Origin: Mobula hypostoma
Taxonomy: Eukaryota
NCBI RefSeq assembly: GCF_963921235.1
Contig: NC_086098.1
Span: forward strand, 3,906,001 to 3,970,000
Direction of reading: 5' to 3'
Length of the DNA stretch: 64,000 nt
The notes under the pieces: generated by a model
Databases searched by the model: none
Told to the model about the DNA's origin: nothing
Seen by the model: the letters and a program-made list of their open reading frames with translations, nothing else
Translations under genes and position numbers: made by a program
Part shown: positions 50,391-61,625 of the stretch, piece by piece
Layout of the letters: each line of letters begins with the position of its first letter
How positions within the stretch are numbered: the first letter of the stretch is position 1

Positions 50391-50514
50391 GTAAGTGTAT
50401 ACTTTGAGTTGTTGTATGAGAGGATTAACTGTAAAAGTGATCCTTTTGTGGAAATTTTAGCAAAGCCAGGGTTACAGTGTGTGTTCTCTGAACAGAGCGC
50501 AGACTCTTTAAAAC

Positions 50515-51880
50515 TAAGAAATAGGGGCAGGAGTAGGCCATCTGGGCCTGTAGGCCCGTCGAGCCTGCTCTGCCATTCCGTAAGATCATGGCTGATCTGG
50601 CCATGGACTCATCTTCCCCTATTGTAATGGCCACTAAATCATACCCCTTTATACGGATTTGAGCCACAAGTTCACTGAGCTTGTTTAGAATACTACGAGC
50701 ATTCAGGTAAAGAGCCCATACTCATTGTGCAGACATCCCACCTCTCCCGGAACTTCCGGGAGTCTCCCCCATATTAATAGTGGCTCCCTGATGCCCGCAA
50801 ATTATATACAATGTCATGGAAATCAATTTTTTTGAGAGAGAGCGAGGAGGCGAGAGAGAGTGGGTGAGAAAGCAAGTGAGAGCACGCAAGCGAGAGAGAG
50901 AGAGCGAGTGAGAGAGAAAGCAAGCAAGAGCGCGTGAGCAACCACGAGAGAGCAAGAGAGCGCGCGCCATGGCAGAGTGTTCCAAAAAACTATAAAACGT
51001 ACGTCACCCCAGACTACACTAAAGTGTACCCCTGCCTAATAGGAGTCAAAATAATGACAGTGTTGCTCGCTGCACTGTTTGCAACAGTGACTTTTCTATT
51101 GCCCATGGTGGGTTAAGACTGTAAAAGACATGTTGAGGTGAGTTTAACAGGTGTCATTCGTTCATTAGCATAGCTAACATTAGCTGGCCAGCTGCTAAGG
51201 AGCTACTCTATTGCAGACATCCTGCCTCTCCTGGAAGTCTCCCGCAAATTGATGGTGCTACCTCCCTGAAATGAGTTTTTGCAGGGTGGGATGTCTGCAT
51301 TGTGCCTTTAAAATCTTGTAATCTTTTACTCTTTTGCACTTGACTTTCCTTCACTCCACTCTTACTTTTGTCTTTTTTATCTTTTGCTTTATCTTTATCT
51401 GCACTTTTCCTTTTTACTTTATCCATATTTCTCTAATCTATTAAACCCTACCCCTGCTATTTAGCTTAAAGCCCTATCCAGAGCTCTAGTTTTGCAACTT
51501 GCTAGGATCCAGGTCCCATCACTGTTCAGGTGGAGCCCGTCCCATTGGTACAGCTCCCTCCTTCCCCAATACCGGTGCCAGTTTCACATGAATTCAAACC
51601 CACTTCTCCCACTCCCATTTAACTCTCTAATCTTCTTGACCCTATGCCAATTTGCACACGGCTCTGGTAGTAATCCAGAGATTACTACCTTTTTGGATCT
51701 GCTGTTTAATTTAGTCCCTAGCTGCTCAAATTCCCCCAGCAGAGCCTCTTTCCTCAATCTACCCCTGTCACTTGTACCCACGTGGATCTTGACAGCTGGA
51801 TCTTTCCCTTCCCACTGCAAATTCCTCTGCAGGTGAGATACATTATCCTGGACCCGGGCACCAGGCAGCCTTTCTCTGTG
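50515..51880 (-). mobile_element. CR1 remnants (ORF1 esterase, start of endonuclease, 3' tail) interrupted by a MITE
   Basis: 'VKIHVGTSD...KVVISGLLP' (51584-51820) and 'AQIRIKGYDLVAIT' (about 50620-50667). Confidence 0.8.
50730..51297. mobile_element. Non-autonomous TIR DNA transposon (MITE)
   Basis: Perfect 13-bp TIRs CAGACATCCCACC and GGTGGGATGTCTG; flanking direct repeat cattgtg (50723-50729 and 51298-51304); internal GA-rich tract. Confidence 0.85.
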
Positions 51881-52874
51881 TGAAAGTTCAATAAAGCAAC
51901 AGTCAAGAAGATAAGCTGACAGAGCCGGTGTGCAGACGTAGTGCTGTCACCTGGCTGAGCACGGCCCTTGAAAGCCTCGCTCTTATACAGCCTTTCTGTT
52001 CTAGACTGGGAACCCAGGTCACCAAGCATACTCAAACCCGCAAGTCAAGGACTCTAGGACCACACGGGCAGGTCGTTGGTTATTAACAATTGAAACACTG
52101 TATGCACTATGATAGGTAGTGAAATATCAAAATGAGATTCAGAAGTGCACAATGTATCTAATGAACCAATATTTGTCTACAACAAATCAATTTCTATGTA
52201 AAAATGGCATCTCTTTGTTCAAACTTCAGAGCAGTTTGGTGGCAGAGCTCTCCTTGTGCACAAGTAAATGAAGTGTGATTGAGGAACGAGACTGAGTTGT
52301 CAGAGTCCAGTTTATCGGCAATAACACCTTCACTGAGTCCGAGATGCACCAGAGTTCTCAGCTATAAAATAAGTTTCATTTCATTGTCATTAAAAGACTG
52401 AAGTACCAGAAAAGAGACATCTTTGGAAAGTTACCATTCCAACTGTGCATGGGTCTACAACGTGCTGGCACCCAATTCATTCTCTGCCCCCACTTACTGG
52501 AAATCGTTTGATATGATATGATTTGACTGTGGCCCTGAAAATAGATTTTAATTTGGTTTTGATTACTTTTATTATCAAAGTACCTAATTGTCACCAGGTA
52601 CTACCCTGAGATCCATTTTTGTGCAGGCATTTACCGGAAAATAAAGAAATACCACAGAATTTATGAAACTATACATTACCAAAGACTGACAAGCGACCAA
52701 TGTGCAAATTAAAATTAATCATAACTGAAGAGAGAATCCCAGTGTTATTTGCTTATTTATTTATTATTTTTGCACATTGATTGTTTGTCAGTCTTTATGT
52801 GGAGTTTTTCAAGGTTCTAACTACACATACAGTGTGTCACCGTATACCACCCTGAGATTCATTGATTCTATTCT

Positions 52875-55590
52875 CATAGAGTCATAGAGAAGTACAGCAC
52901 AAAAACAGGCCCTTCAGCCCATCTTGTCTATGCAGAAATCATTTAAACTGCCAACTCCTAACTACCTGCACCTAGACCTTAGTCCTCCATATCTCTACCT
53001 TCCATGTACTTATCCAAACTTCTCTTAAACTTTGAAATCGAGCTTGCATGCATCCTGTGTGCTGGCACCTCACTCCACACTCTCACGACTCTCTGAGTGC
53101 AGAGGTTTCCCTTCATGTTCCCCTTAAATGTTTGACCTTTCATCCTTAGCCCATGATTTTTGGTTGTAGTCCCACCCAACCTCAGTGGAAAAAGCCTGCT
53201 TGTATTTACCCTAATTATCAGGGGTATAGATAGGGTAAATACAAGCAGGCTTTTGCATACCTCTATCAAATTTCCTCTCAATCTTCTATGTTCTAAAGAA
53301 TACAGTCCTAACATAATTAATCTTTCTTCATAATTCAGGTCCTCCAGACCCGGCAACATCTTTGTAGACTTTCTCTGAACTCTTTCAACCTTGTTTACAT
53401 CTTTCTTGAAGGGTAGGTGACCAAAACTGCACACAATACTCCAAATGAGGCCTCACCAACATCATATACAACTTCAACATAACATCCCATCTTCTGTACT
53501 CAATACGTTGACTTATGAAGACCAATGCACCAAAAGCTTTCTTTACAACCTTGTATGCATGTGCCACCACTTTCAATGAATTATGGACTTGTATTCCCTG
53601 ATCATTTGTTCCACCACACTTCTCAGTGCCCTACCGTTCACTGTGTAGAATCTACCCTGGTTGGTCCTACCAAAGTGAAAAACCTCACACTTGTCTGCAT
53701 TAAATTCTATCTTCCATTTATCCAGTTGTTGCAGATCCCTCTCCAAGCCATGATAGCCTTCCTCACTGTCCACTACACCCCCAATCTCAATGTCATCCGC
53801 AAATTTGCTAATCCAGTTAACCACATTTTCATCCAGATCATTGACGCAGATGACTAAACAACAATGGACCCACCACCGATCCCTGTGGCATACCACTAGT
53901 CACAGGCCACCAGTCAGAGGGACGACCACCTAGTATCTCTCTTTGGCTTCTTCCACAAAGCCAAAGTCTAATCAAATTTACTACCTCATCTTGAATGCCA
54001 AGTGACTAAACCTTTTTGACCAACCTCCCATGCCAGACCTTGTCAAGTACCTTGCTAAAATCCATGTAGACAGCATGCACTGCCTTGCTGTCATCCACTT
54101 TCCTGGTAACTTCCTCGAAAAACTCAAAAAGTTTGGTTAGACGTGATGTCTCACGCACGAAGCCATACTGGCTATTCTTAATCAGTCCGTTCCTCACCAG
54201 CATGTGGCACGGGTAGCAATCCTGAGGTCACAATCCCGAAATTCCTGCCTTTTAGCATAGCACCTAACTCCCTGAATTCCCTATACAGAACCTCATCACT
54301 TGTCCTACCCGTTGGTACCTCTGGCTGTTGTTCACCCTTCCACTTTAGAATGCTGAGGATTTGATCCGAGATCTCCTGGACCTTGGCACCCGGGAGGCAA
54401 CATACCATCCAGGAAACTTGTTTTCCTTTCTGTTCCATTAACTAACGAATCTACAATCACCACAGTGTGCCTTTTCTCCCACTGTGACCTTCCTCTGTCA
54501 GGTCATCCCCCTACCCCCCCAACAGTTTCCAAAATGATGTACCTGTTGTTGAGGGGGATGGCCACAGGGTAAGGCCATAAGACAAAGGAGCAGAAGTCAG
54601 CCATTCGGCCCATCGAGTCTGCTCCGTTATTTTATCATGAGCTGATCCATTCTTCCATTTAGTCCCACTCACCCGCCTTCTCACCATAACCTTTGATGCC
54701 CTGGCTACTCAGATACCTATCAATCTCTGCCTTAAATACACCCAATGTCTTGGCCGCCACTGCTGCCTGTGGCAACAAATACCACAGATTCACCACCCTC
54801 TGGCTAAAAAAATTTCTTCGCATTTCTCTTCTGAATGGGCGCCCTTCAATCCTTAAGTCATGCCCTCTCGTACTAGACTCCCCCATCATGGGAAACAACT
54901 TTGCCACATCCACTCTGTCCATGCACTGCATTGGTACTCTGCACTGGCTCCTTAACCCCTTTCCGCTTTCTAACTGCCACCCAGTTTCCTGTGTCCTGTA
55001 AATAAATAAATAGATAGATAGACAGACAGACAGACATCCGTTAGTCTCAAGAGACCATGGATTGGCGCCTTGGAAGGTTTCCAGGGCGCAGGTCTGGGCA
55101 AGGTTGTATGGAAGACCAGCAGGTGCCCATGCTGCAAGTCTCCCCTCTCCACGACACTGATGTTGTCCAAGGGAAGGGCATTAGGACCCATACAGCTTGG
55201 CACCGGTGTCGTCACAAAGCAATGTGTGGTTAAGTGCCTTGTTCAGGGACACACACACTGCTTCAGCCAAGGCTCGAACTAGCGACCTTCAGATCACTAG
55301 ACGAATGCCTTAACCACTTGACCACGTGCCAGCACCAGTGCCTGTGTCCTGTACCTTAAGTGTAACTACATCTCTAAGTGTCGTACCTTTCACCTCCCCA
55401 GCCTCCCAAGTAATCTGAAGTTCATTCAGTTCCAGTTCCAACTCCTTAAAGCAGATTGTTAGAAGCTGCTGCTGGATGTACTTCTTGCTGTTGTAGTGGT
55501 CAGGGATTCTGGAAGTCTTCCTGCCTTCACACATCCCATAAGAGGAGCATTTCACTATCCTGCCTGACATCTCCACTGTCCTAACTGCGC
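52875..55590 (-). mobile_element. Deleted CR1-type LINE (ORF1 N-terminus and esterase joined to RT) with nested insertions
   Basis: ORF1 'VKCSSYGMCE...QLLT...KELELELNEL' (55310-55576) and 'MVCCLPGAKVQEIS' (54178-54438); RT 'YMDFSKVLDKV' and 'KFADD'. A CR1 tail is nested at about 54575-54920 and a SINE at 55001-55331. Confidence 0.88.
55001..55331 (-). mobile_element. Full-length CORE-like tRNA SINE (same family as 24524-24835)
   Basis: A and B boxes on the minus strand; microsatellite tail (aaat)(agat)(agac); TSD core cctgtgtcctgta at 54988-55000 and 55341-55353. Confidence 0.88.
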
Positions 55591-57568
55591 AAATGTAAAG
55601 AAGGGAGGGAAAAAACTGGGACTGGAGCTTTTGTTTTTTGCTTCCTCTGACTGAAGCTTCTCTTCACTGAAGCCTCAAAGTCACCACTGACTTTGTCTAC
55701 TCCACTGATGGTCTCTGTGCTTGCCCCTGCCTTCCTTTAATTTGTTCATGCGAATCAATCCCAAACACTGACTGGTGTCTGGCCAGAGCTTCAAACAAAC
55801 TGCAGTGAGTTGCTGCTTTTTATACTCGGCCAGTGGACCTGAGTGAAATTTCCTCCTCTCCCGATTGTATTTCTTCGTTATACAGTGAATGCCTGCAAGG
55901 AAATTAATCTCAAGGGAGTATATGGGGACAGTGATTTAATAATAAATTTAACATAGAAAACATACAGCACAATACAGGCCCCGCAGCCCACAGAGTTGTG
56001 CAGAACATGTCTCTACCTTAAAAATTACTAGAGTTACCCATAGCCCTCTATTTCCTTTGAACTTTCAGAAGGAGACTCCTTGAAAGTGAGTCTGTAGACT
56101 GTGGAATCAGTGCAGCGCTGCGGTGAATGAAGATATCCGTCCTGATGTTATCCAAACATATCTAATTTTCACCATAAAACTGAAAGCCATTGAAAGCAAA
56201 TCAGTCATCCAGTATACACCAAGCGTCAATTGAAATTGATGCTAGTTATTTTACAATGGTGAGGTTTGCACCTGGTCGCAAAAGTTGAAATATAAATTAT
56301 TACTATTATTACTTCTTTCTTTTTGTATTTGCACAGTTTGTTGTTTTGCACACTGGTTGAACTCCCAGTTGATTCAGTCTTTCATTGACTCTATTGGTTA
56401 TTATTCTATTATGGATCTATTATGCCCGCAAGAAAATGTATCATATATATATATACACGCACACACACACACACATACAATTTGGTAATTAAAAACATTT
56501 AAAATCACCCCCTGGTATTAATCTTTAAAGTCATGTCTTACTGAAGCAAGACATGAACCACTGGATGTAGATGGGGGAAAAAACTGCATTTTTCTCTGAC
56601 TTACTTATCAGGACCATAATATATATATATATTTTTTATTTTTCAGAAATCTGCCCAGGCTAATCAAAGGGTGTTAGACCAGCGACTTCCCTTAACTAAA
56701 TTTTAATTGGAAGAAGTATGCTAGAAATAAGAAATAAGATATTCACCCTTAATAATTGTTGCAGGAAAATCTAGACTTTCAACTGCTTTATAATCAAAAC
56801 TGATTCTTTTACCTTGTTTGTTTGAAAGATTACTGTGACCTCTAAAGTTCTGGTTGTATGGTGTAGGTCATTTAGATCCAGATAACAAATTTCAAGTGTG
56901 ATCATGTCAATAAAATGAATTTTCTTTATGAGGAGTGAGAAGGGGTGTGTATTTGTGAGGGGAATGTCTGAAATGTTTAAAAAAGGTTCAAAGGTTTAAA
57001 AAATCACTGAAGTGAGTATATTATTTCAAATAGCTTCTTGCATTTTTCTCTAAATCTTGGAGTCCCTCATATTAACCTTAGTCACCCGGTATATATTGTA
57101 GATGTCTGGAGCATTTGATTAATAAGTACAAATTACATGTTGGTTAGAATTATGACAATAATGTAATCTTTAGACCAAGTCTAGGGGGTGACGAAATCAC
57201 ATAAAGTTAGTGCAATCGTTTTGTAGGAAATACTGATTGGGTAAGGAATTTGTACATTCTCCCCATGACTGTGTGGATTTCCTCTGGGTGCTCTGGTTTC
57301 CTCCCACATTCCAAAGATGCATAAAGTTAGGGTTAGTATACCTGGGCATACTATGTTGGCACTGGAAGCGTGGCGACACTTGGAGCTGCCGGCAGCATGT
57401 CACTAACGATGACACAAGTGACTATGTTTCAATGTACTTGTGACAAATCTAATCTCATCTTAAGTGGATATGATAATGGTTGAATTTATCAGCAACATTT
57501 AGTTCTGTGTAATTCATTCTTAAACCTGACCTTAAAGTGATTATATTTCCTTTTTTTAAAAAAAATAG

Positions 57569-57711
57569 GAGGTGGAAGCATGGAACAATTGGCAGGATTG
57601 ACAAGGATAGTATTCAAGCTGCCAGAGATGGAAAATTTACTCAACCAGTCTCAACTTGATCAGACAGCCACTAAACTGGAGCCAAAATGCGCTCTACTCA
57701 TACTCATTAAG
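57569..57711 (+). CDS. MMS22L: MMS22L internal coding exon
   Basis: Acceptor aaaatAG, donor AAG|gtaaag; 143 nt, phase 1 in and phase 0 out. Encodes (G)GGSMEQLAGLTRIVFKLPEMENLLNQSQLDQTATKLEPKCALLILIK, compared with recalled MMS22L 'MKQLVKLTRLLFNLSEV...DPKKAL'. Phases fit both neighbouring exons. Not in the ORF track. Confidence 0.9.
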
Positions 57712-57919
57712 GTAAAGTCCATTCAGAAATAGCAACAGGCAAACGTAGGCTGAAATATCTTTTACACATGGGTTCACACTGTATCTGTAAACTAATTTTA
57801 AGTATACTTTTTGGCTGCTGAACTGCAAGGTGTATAAGATAGTGTAGATCGAGTGGATAGCCAGATACTTTTTCCCAGGATGAAAATGGCTAACATAAGG
57901 AGGCATAATTTTAAGGTAT

Positions 57920-58085
57920 CACCTCTCACCTTCGGTCCAGCCTTCTTCCCCTCCCCCACCTTTTTATTCTGGCATCTTCTGCCTGCTTCTCCAGTCCTGA
58001 AGAAGGGTTTCGGCCCCGAAACATCAGCTGTTCATTTCAATAGACAGTGCCTGACCCGATGAGTTCATTAAGCATTTTGTGTGCA
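57920..58085 (+). mobile_element. Penelope terminal-repeat fragment with a hammerhead core, inserted in a CR1 remnant
   Basis: CAGTC-CTGAAGA-AGGGTTTCGGCCCC-GAAAC-ATC; 'gcataattttaaggt' occurs on both sides (57903-57917 and 58083-58097). Confidence 0.78.
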
Positions 58086-58374
58086 TAATTTTAAGGTGAT
58101 TGAAGGAAAATAGGGGGGGTGGGCCAGGTTGTTAGAGTAAGTCTTTTCCACAGAGAGTGGTGTGTGTATGAAACAGTAACAGGAGCCAGAAACCAGTAGC
58201 AGACAAGAGAGAAAGAAGGAAAACAGAGATGGTGCCTCTACACAGTCAACTCCTTTTATACAACATAGATAAGAAAAATTCAAATTCATAGATAAGAGCT
58301 AACCAATGAGAAAACCCTTATTCAAATAATGCAATACCAAGAGAAGCTTCCAGAGCTTTCCAGAATCGTGCATA

Positions 58375-59790
58375 CTGTGTCCCCTATCCCACATCAGGGA
58401 GCCTTAAAGCTCTCCACTTCTTTCTGGACAACAGACCTAACCAGTTCCCCTTCACCACCACCCTCCTCTGTCTGGCGGAACTTGTCTTCACCTCAACAAT
58501 TTCTCCTTTGGCTCCTCCCACTTCCTTCAAACCCAAGGTGTAGCCATGGACACTCACATGGGTCCCAGCTTTGCTTGCCTTTTCGTCGGCTACATGGGAC
58601 AGTCTATGTTCCAAGCCTATATGAGCATTGCTCCCCAACTCTTCCTACGCTATATTGACGACTACATTGGTGCTGCTTCTTGCACTCATGCTGAGCTTGT
58701 CTACTTCATCAACTTTGCCTCCAACTTCCACCCTACCCACAAATTTACTTGGTCCATTTCTGATACCTCTCTTTCCTTTCTTGATCTCCCTGTCTATCTC
58801 TGGAGATAGTTTATCTACTGATATCTCTTAAAAACTCACTGATTCTCAGAGCCACCTGGACTATACCTCTTCCCACCCTGTCACTTGTAAAAATGCCATT
58901 CCCTTTTCTCAATTCCACTGTCTCCACTGCCTCTGCTCTTAGGATGAGGCTTTTCATTTCAAAACAACTGAGGTGTCCACCTTCAAAGAAAGGGACTTTG
59001 CTTCCTGCATCATCAACACTCCACTTATCGCCATCTCTTCCATTTCACACATGTGTGCCCTCACCTGATCCTCCTGCTGCTACACCAAGGATAGGGTTCC
59101 TCTTGTCCTTACCTACCATGCCACAAGCCTCCATATTCAACACAATTTTCTGTAATTTCCACTATCCAACAGGATCGCACCACCAAAGCATCTTTTCCCT
59201 CCCTCCAGTTGCTGCTTTTCACAACGATCGCTCCCTACACGACTCCCTTGTCCACTTCTACCTTCCCACTGATCTCTCTCCTGTCACTTACCCTTGCAAG
59301 CAGAACAAGTGCCACACCTGCTCCTACACCTCCTCCTTCACTACCATTCTGGGCCCCAAACAGTCCTTCCAGGTGAGGCGACACTTGGGGTCCTCTACTG
59401 TATCCGGTGCTCCCAGTGTGGCCTCCTGTACTATATATCGGTGAGTCGCGCCGTAGATTGGGAGATCACTTCATCAAGCATGTTCACTGTGTCCATCACA
59501 AGCAGGATTTCCCGGTGGCCACCCATTTCAGTTTTACTTTCCACTCCTATTCCAACATATTAGTCCTTGGCCTCTTCTAGTGCCACGATAAGGCCACACT
59601 CAGGTTGGAGAAGCAACACCTTATATTCTGTCTGAGTAGCCTCCAACCTGATGGCATGAACCCCTTTTCCTTCACCATTCCCCATTCTTCTTACTCTCTC
59701 ACACCTTCTCTTCTTACCTGCCCATCACCTTCCTCTGGTGCTCCTCCCCCTTTCCCTTCTTCCATGGTCTTTTGTCCTCTCCTATCAGGT
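58375..59790 (+). mobile_element. Penelope-like element fragment (RT C-terminal half, GIY-YIG, UTR)
   Basis: 'MGPSFACLFVGYM...FLRYIDD', 'CKQNKCHTC', 'GVLYCIRCSQCGLLY' and 'EKQHLIFCLSSLQPDGMN'; frameshifted. Confidence 0.9.
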
Positions 59791-60590
59791 TCCATGAGAA
59801 AAGGGAATAGCCTTTTGACAGGAGATAGTGTGGGAAGAGGTATAGTCAAAGTAACCGTGGGAATCGGTAGGTTTGTACAAGATGTCGGTTGACAGTTTGT
59901 CTCCAGAAATGGAGACCAAGAGATCAGGAAAGGGGAGGAAGGTGTTGGAGATGGACCAAGTGAATTTAAGGGCAGGATGAAAGTTGGAGGAAAAGTTGAT
60001 AAAATTGGCGAGCTCAGTAAGGGTGCATGAAGCAGCATCAATGCAATTATCAGTGTAGCGTAGGAAGAGTTGGGGATCATTACCGGGGAAGCTCTGAACA
60101 TAGACTGTAGTACATAACCAACAAAAAGGCAGGTATAGCTTGGGCCCATCTTGAGTTTGGAGATAGTAGGATAACTGAAAGAAAAATGTTCGGGGTAAGG
60201 CCCAGTTCTGCCAGATAGAGGAGGGTGGAGGGGGTTTGGTTAGTTCTTTTGTCAAGAAAGAAGCAGAGAGCTTTGAGGCCTTCTTGATGGGAGTAGGAGT
60301 GGGTAGGAACTGAACATGCATGGTGAAGATGAGGTGGTCAAGGCCAGGGAATTGAAAGTTACAGAGAAGGTCGAGGGCCTGAGAAGTGACGCACATGTTG
60401 GTAGGAAGGGACTGAGTCAAGGGAAATAGAATGCAATCGAGATACGAGGACACAAGTTCAGTAGGGCAGGAGTAGGCAGAGACAATAGCCTACCCAGACA
60501 GTCTGGTGTGTGGATCTTGGGTAGGAGGTAGAAGCGAGCTGTGCGGGGTAAGGGAACTATGAGTTTGGTGACAGTGGTTGGGATCGTAGA
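59791..60590 (-). mobile_element. Penelope-like RT fragment, inverted relative to its neighbour
   Basis: 'PRTARFYLLPKIH', 'GPSYTCLFVGYV', 'FLRYTDN' and 'STDILYKPTDSHGYFDYTSSH'. Confidence 0.88.
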
Positions 60591-60796
60591 TGCTGTACCT
60601 GATGTTTCTTTTCTTATTGATACCACATTACTTTGCAACTACTGTTCAGTTGCGTTTATTGCTTATTCTGTATTTTTTCCTACTGTAGTGGAAGAGGCAG
60701 CATAACATCAACTGAATTTTTCATTAAATGAAGAACAATCTGGAGAATCAACTTGTTATAATTCACCCTGCTGTGTTTTGTTATGAACTAGGCTTA

Positions 60797-61415
60797 GAGT
60801 CACAAAGCAATGCAGTACAGAAAAGACCTTTCGGCCCATCGCGTCTATGCTGAACTGTCATTTTGGCTATTCCCATTGACCCTATCCTGGACCATAGCTC
60901 TCTTGACCCTATCCTGGACCATAGCTCTCTTGACCCTATCCTGGACCATAGCTCTTCATACCCCCATCCATCCATGTACTTGCCCAAACTTCTCTTAAAT
61001 GACGAAATCGAACCTGCATCCACCACTTGGACGAACAACTTGAAGTTCCCCCTCATATTCCCTTAAGCATTTCACCTTTCAACCATGAGCTCTAGTTCTA
61101 GTCTCACCCAACCTCAGCGGAACGAAGCCTGCTTGCATTTACCTATATCAAATTTCTGTTCGTTCTCCTCCACTCCAGGGAATGAAGTCTTAACCTATTC
61201 AATCTTTCCCTATAACTCTGGTCTGCCAGTCCCAGCAACATCCTTGTCAATTTTATCCGTACTCTTTCAACCTTATTTGCATCTTTTCTGTAGGAAGGTG
61301 ACCAGAACTATACACAAAATTCCAAATTAGGCCTCACCAACATCTTATTCACCTTCAACACAACATCCCAACTCCTGTACTCAGTACTTTGATTTATGAA
61401 GGCCAATGTGCCAGA
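60797..61415 (-). mobile_element. Old CR1 3' fragment containing a 26-bp x3 tandem repeat (about 60876-60956)
   Basis: CR1 3' signature; 'ttgaccctatcctggaccatagctct' is repeated three times. Confidence 0.8.
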
Positions 61416-61465
61416 TGAGCCAAGTATGTAATTCTGACTTGTATTTATTCACAATCTTCTGGCAG

Positions 61466-61625
61466 GCTGTTGGGAAAACTTACAATCAATTACAAACCCT
61501 AGGAGAAAAATCTTCCTTAGCCTCAAGGGCCTTGGAATATGCGGGTGACATTCTGAAGTACACCAAGCCATATTTAGCGAACAAGGGACCAAGTGAGGGC
61601 CTGCAGCTGTTATACTGGGCTGTCG
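61466..61625 (+). CDS. MMS22L: MMS22L internal coding exon (last in window)
   Basis: Acceptor cttctggcAG, donor G|gtaagt; 160 nt, phase 0 in and phase 1 out. Encodes AVGKTYNQLQTLGEKSSLASRALEYAGDILKYTKPYLANKGPSEGLQLLYWAV(G), compared with recalled MMS22L 'AVGVTYGNVQTLSDKSAMVTKSLEYLGEVLKYIKPYL'. Confidence 0.94.
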
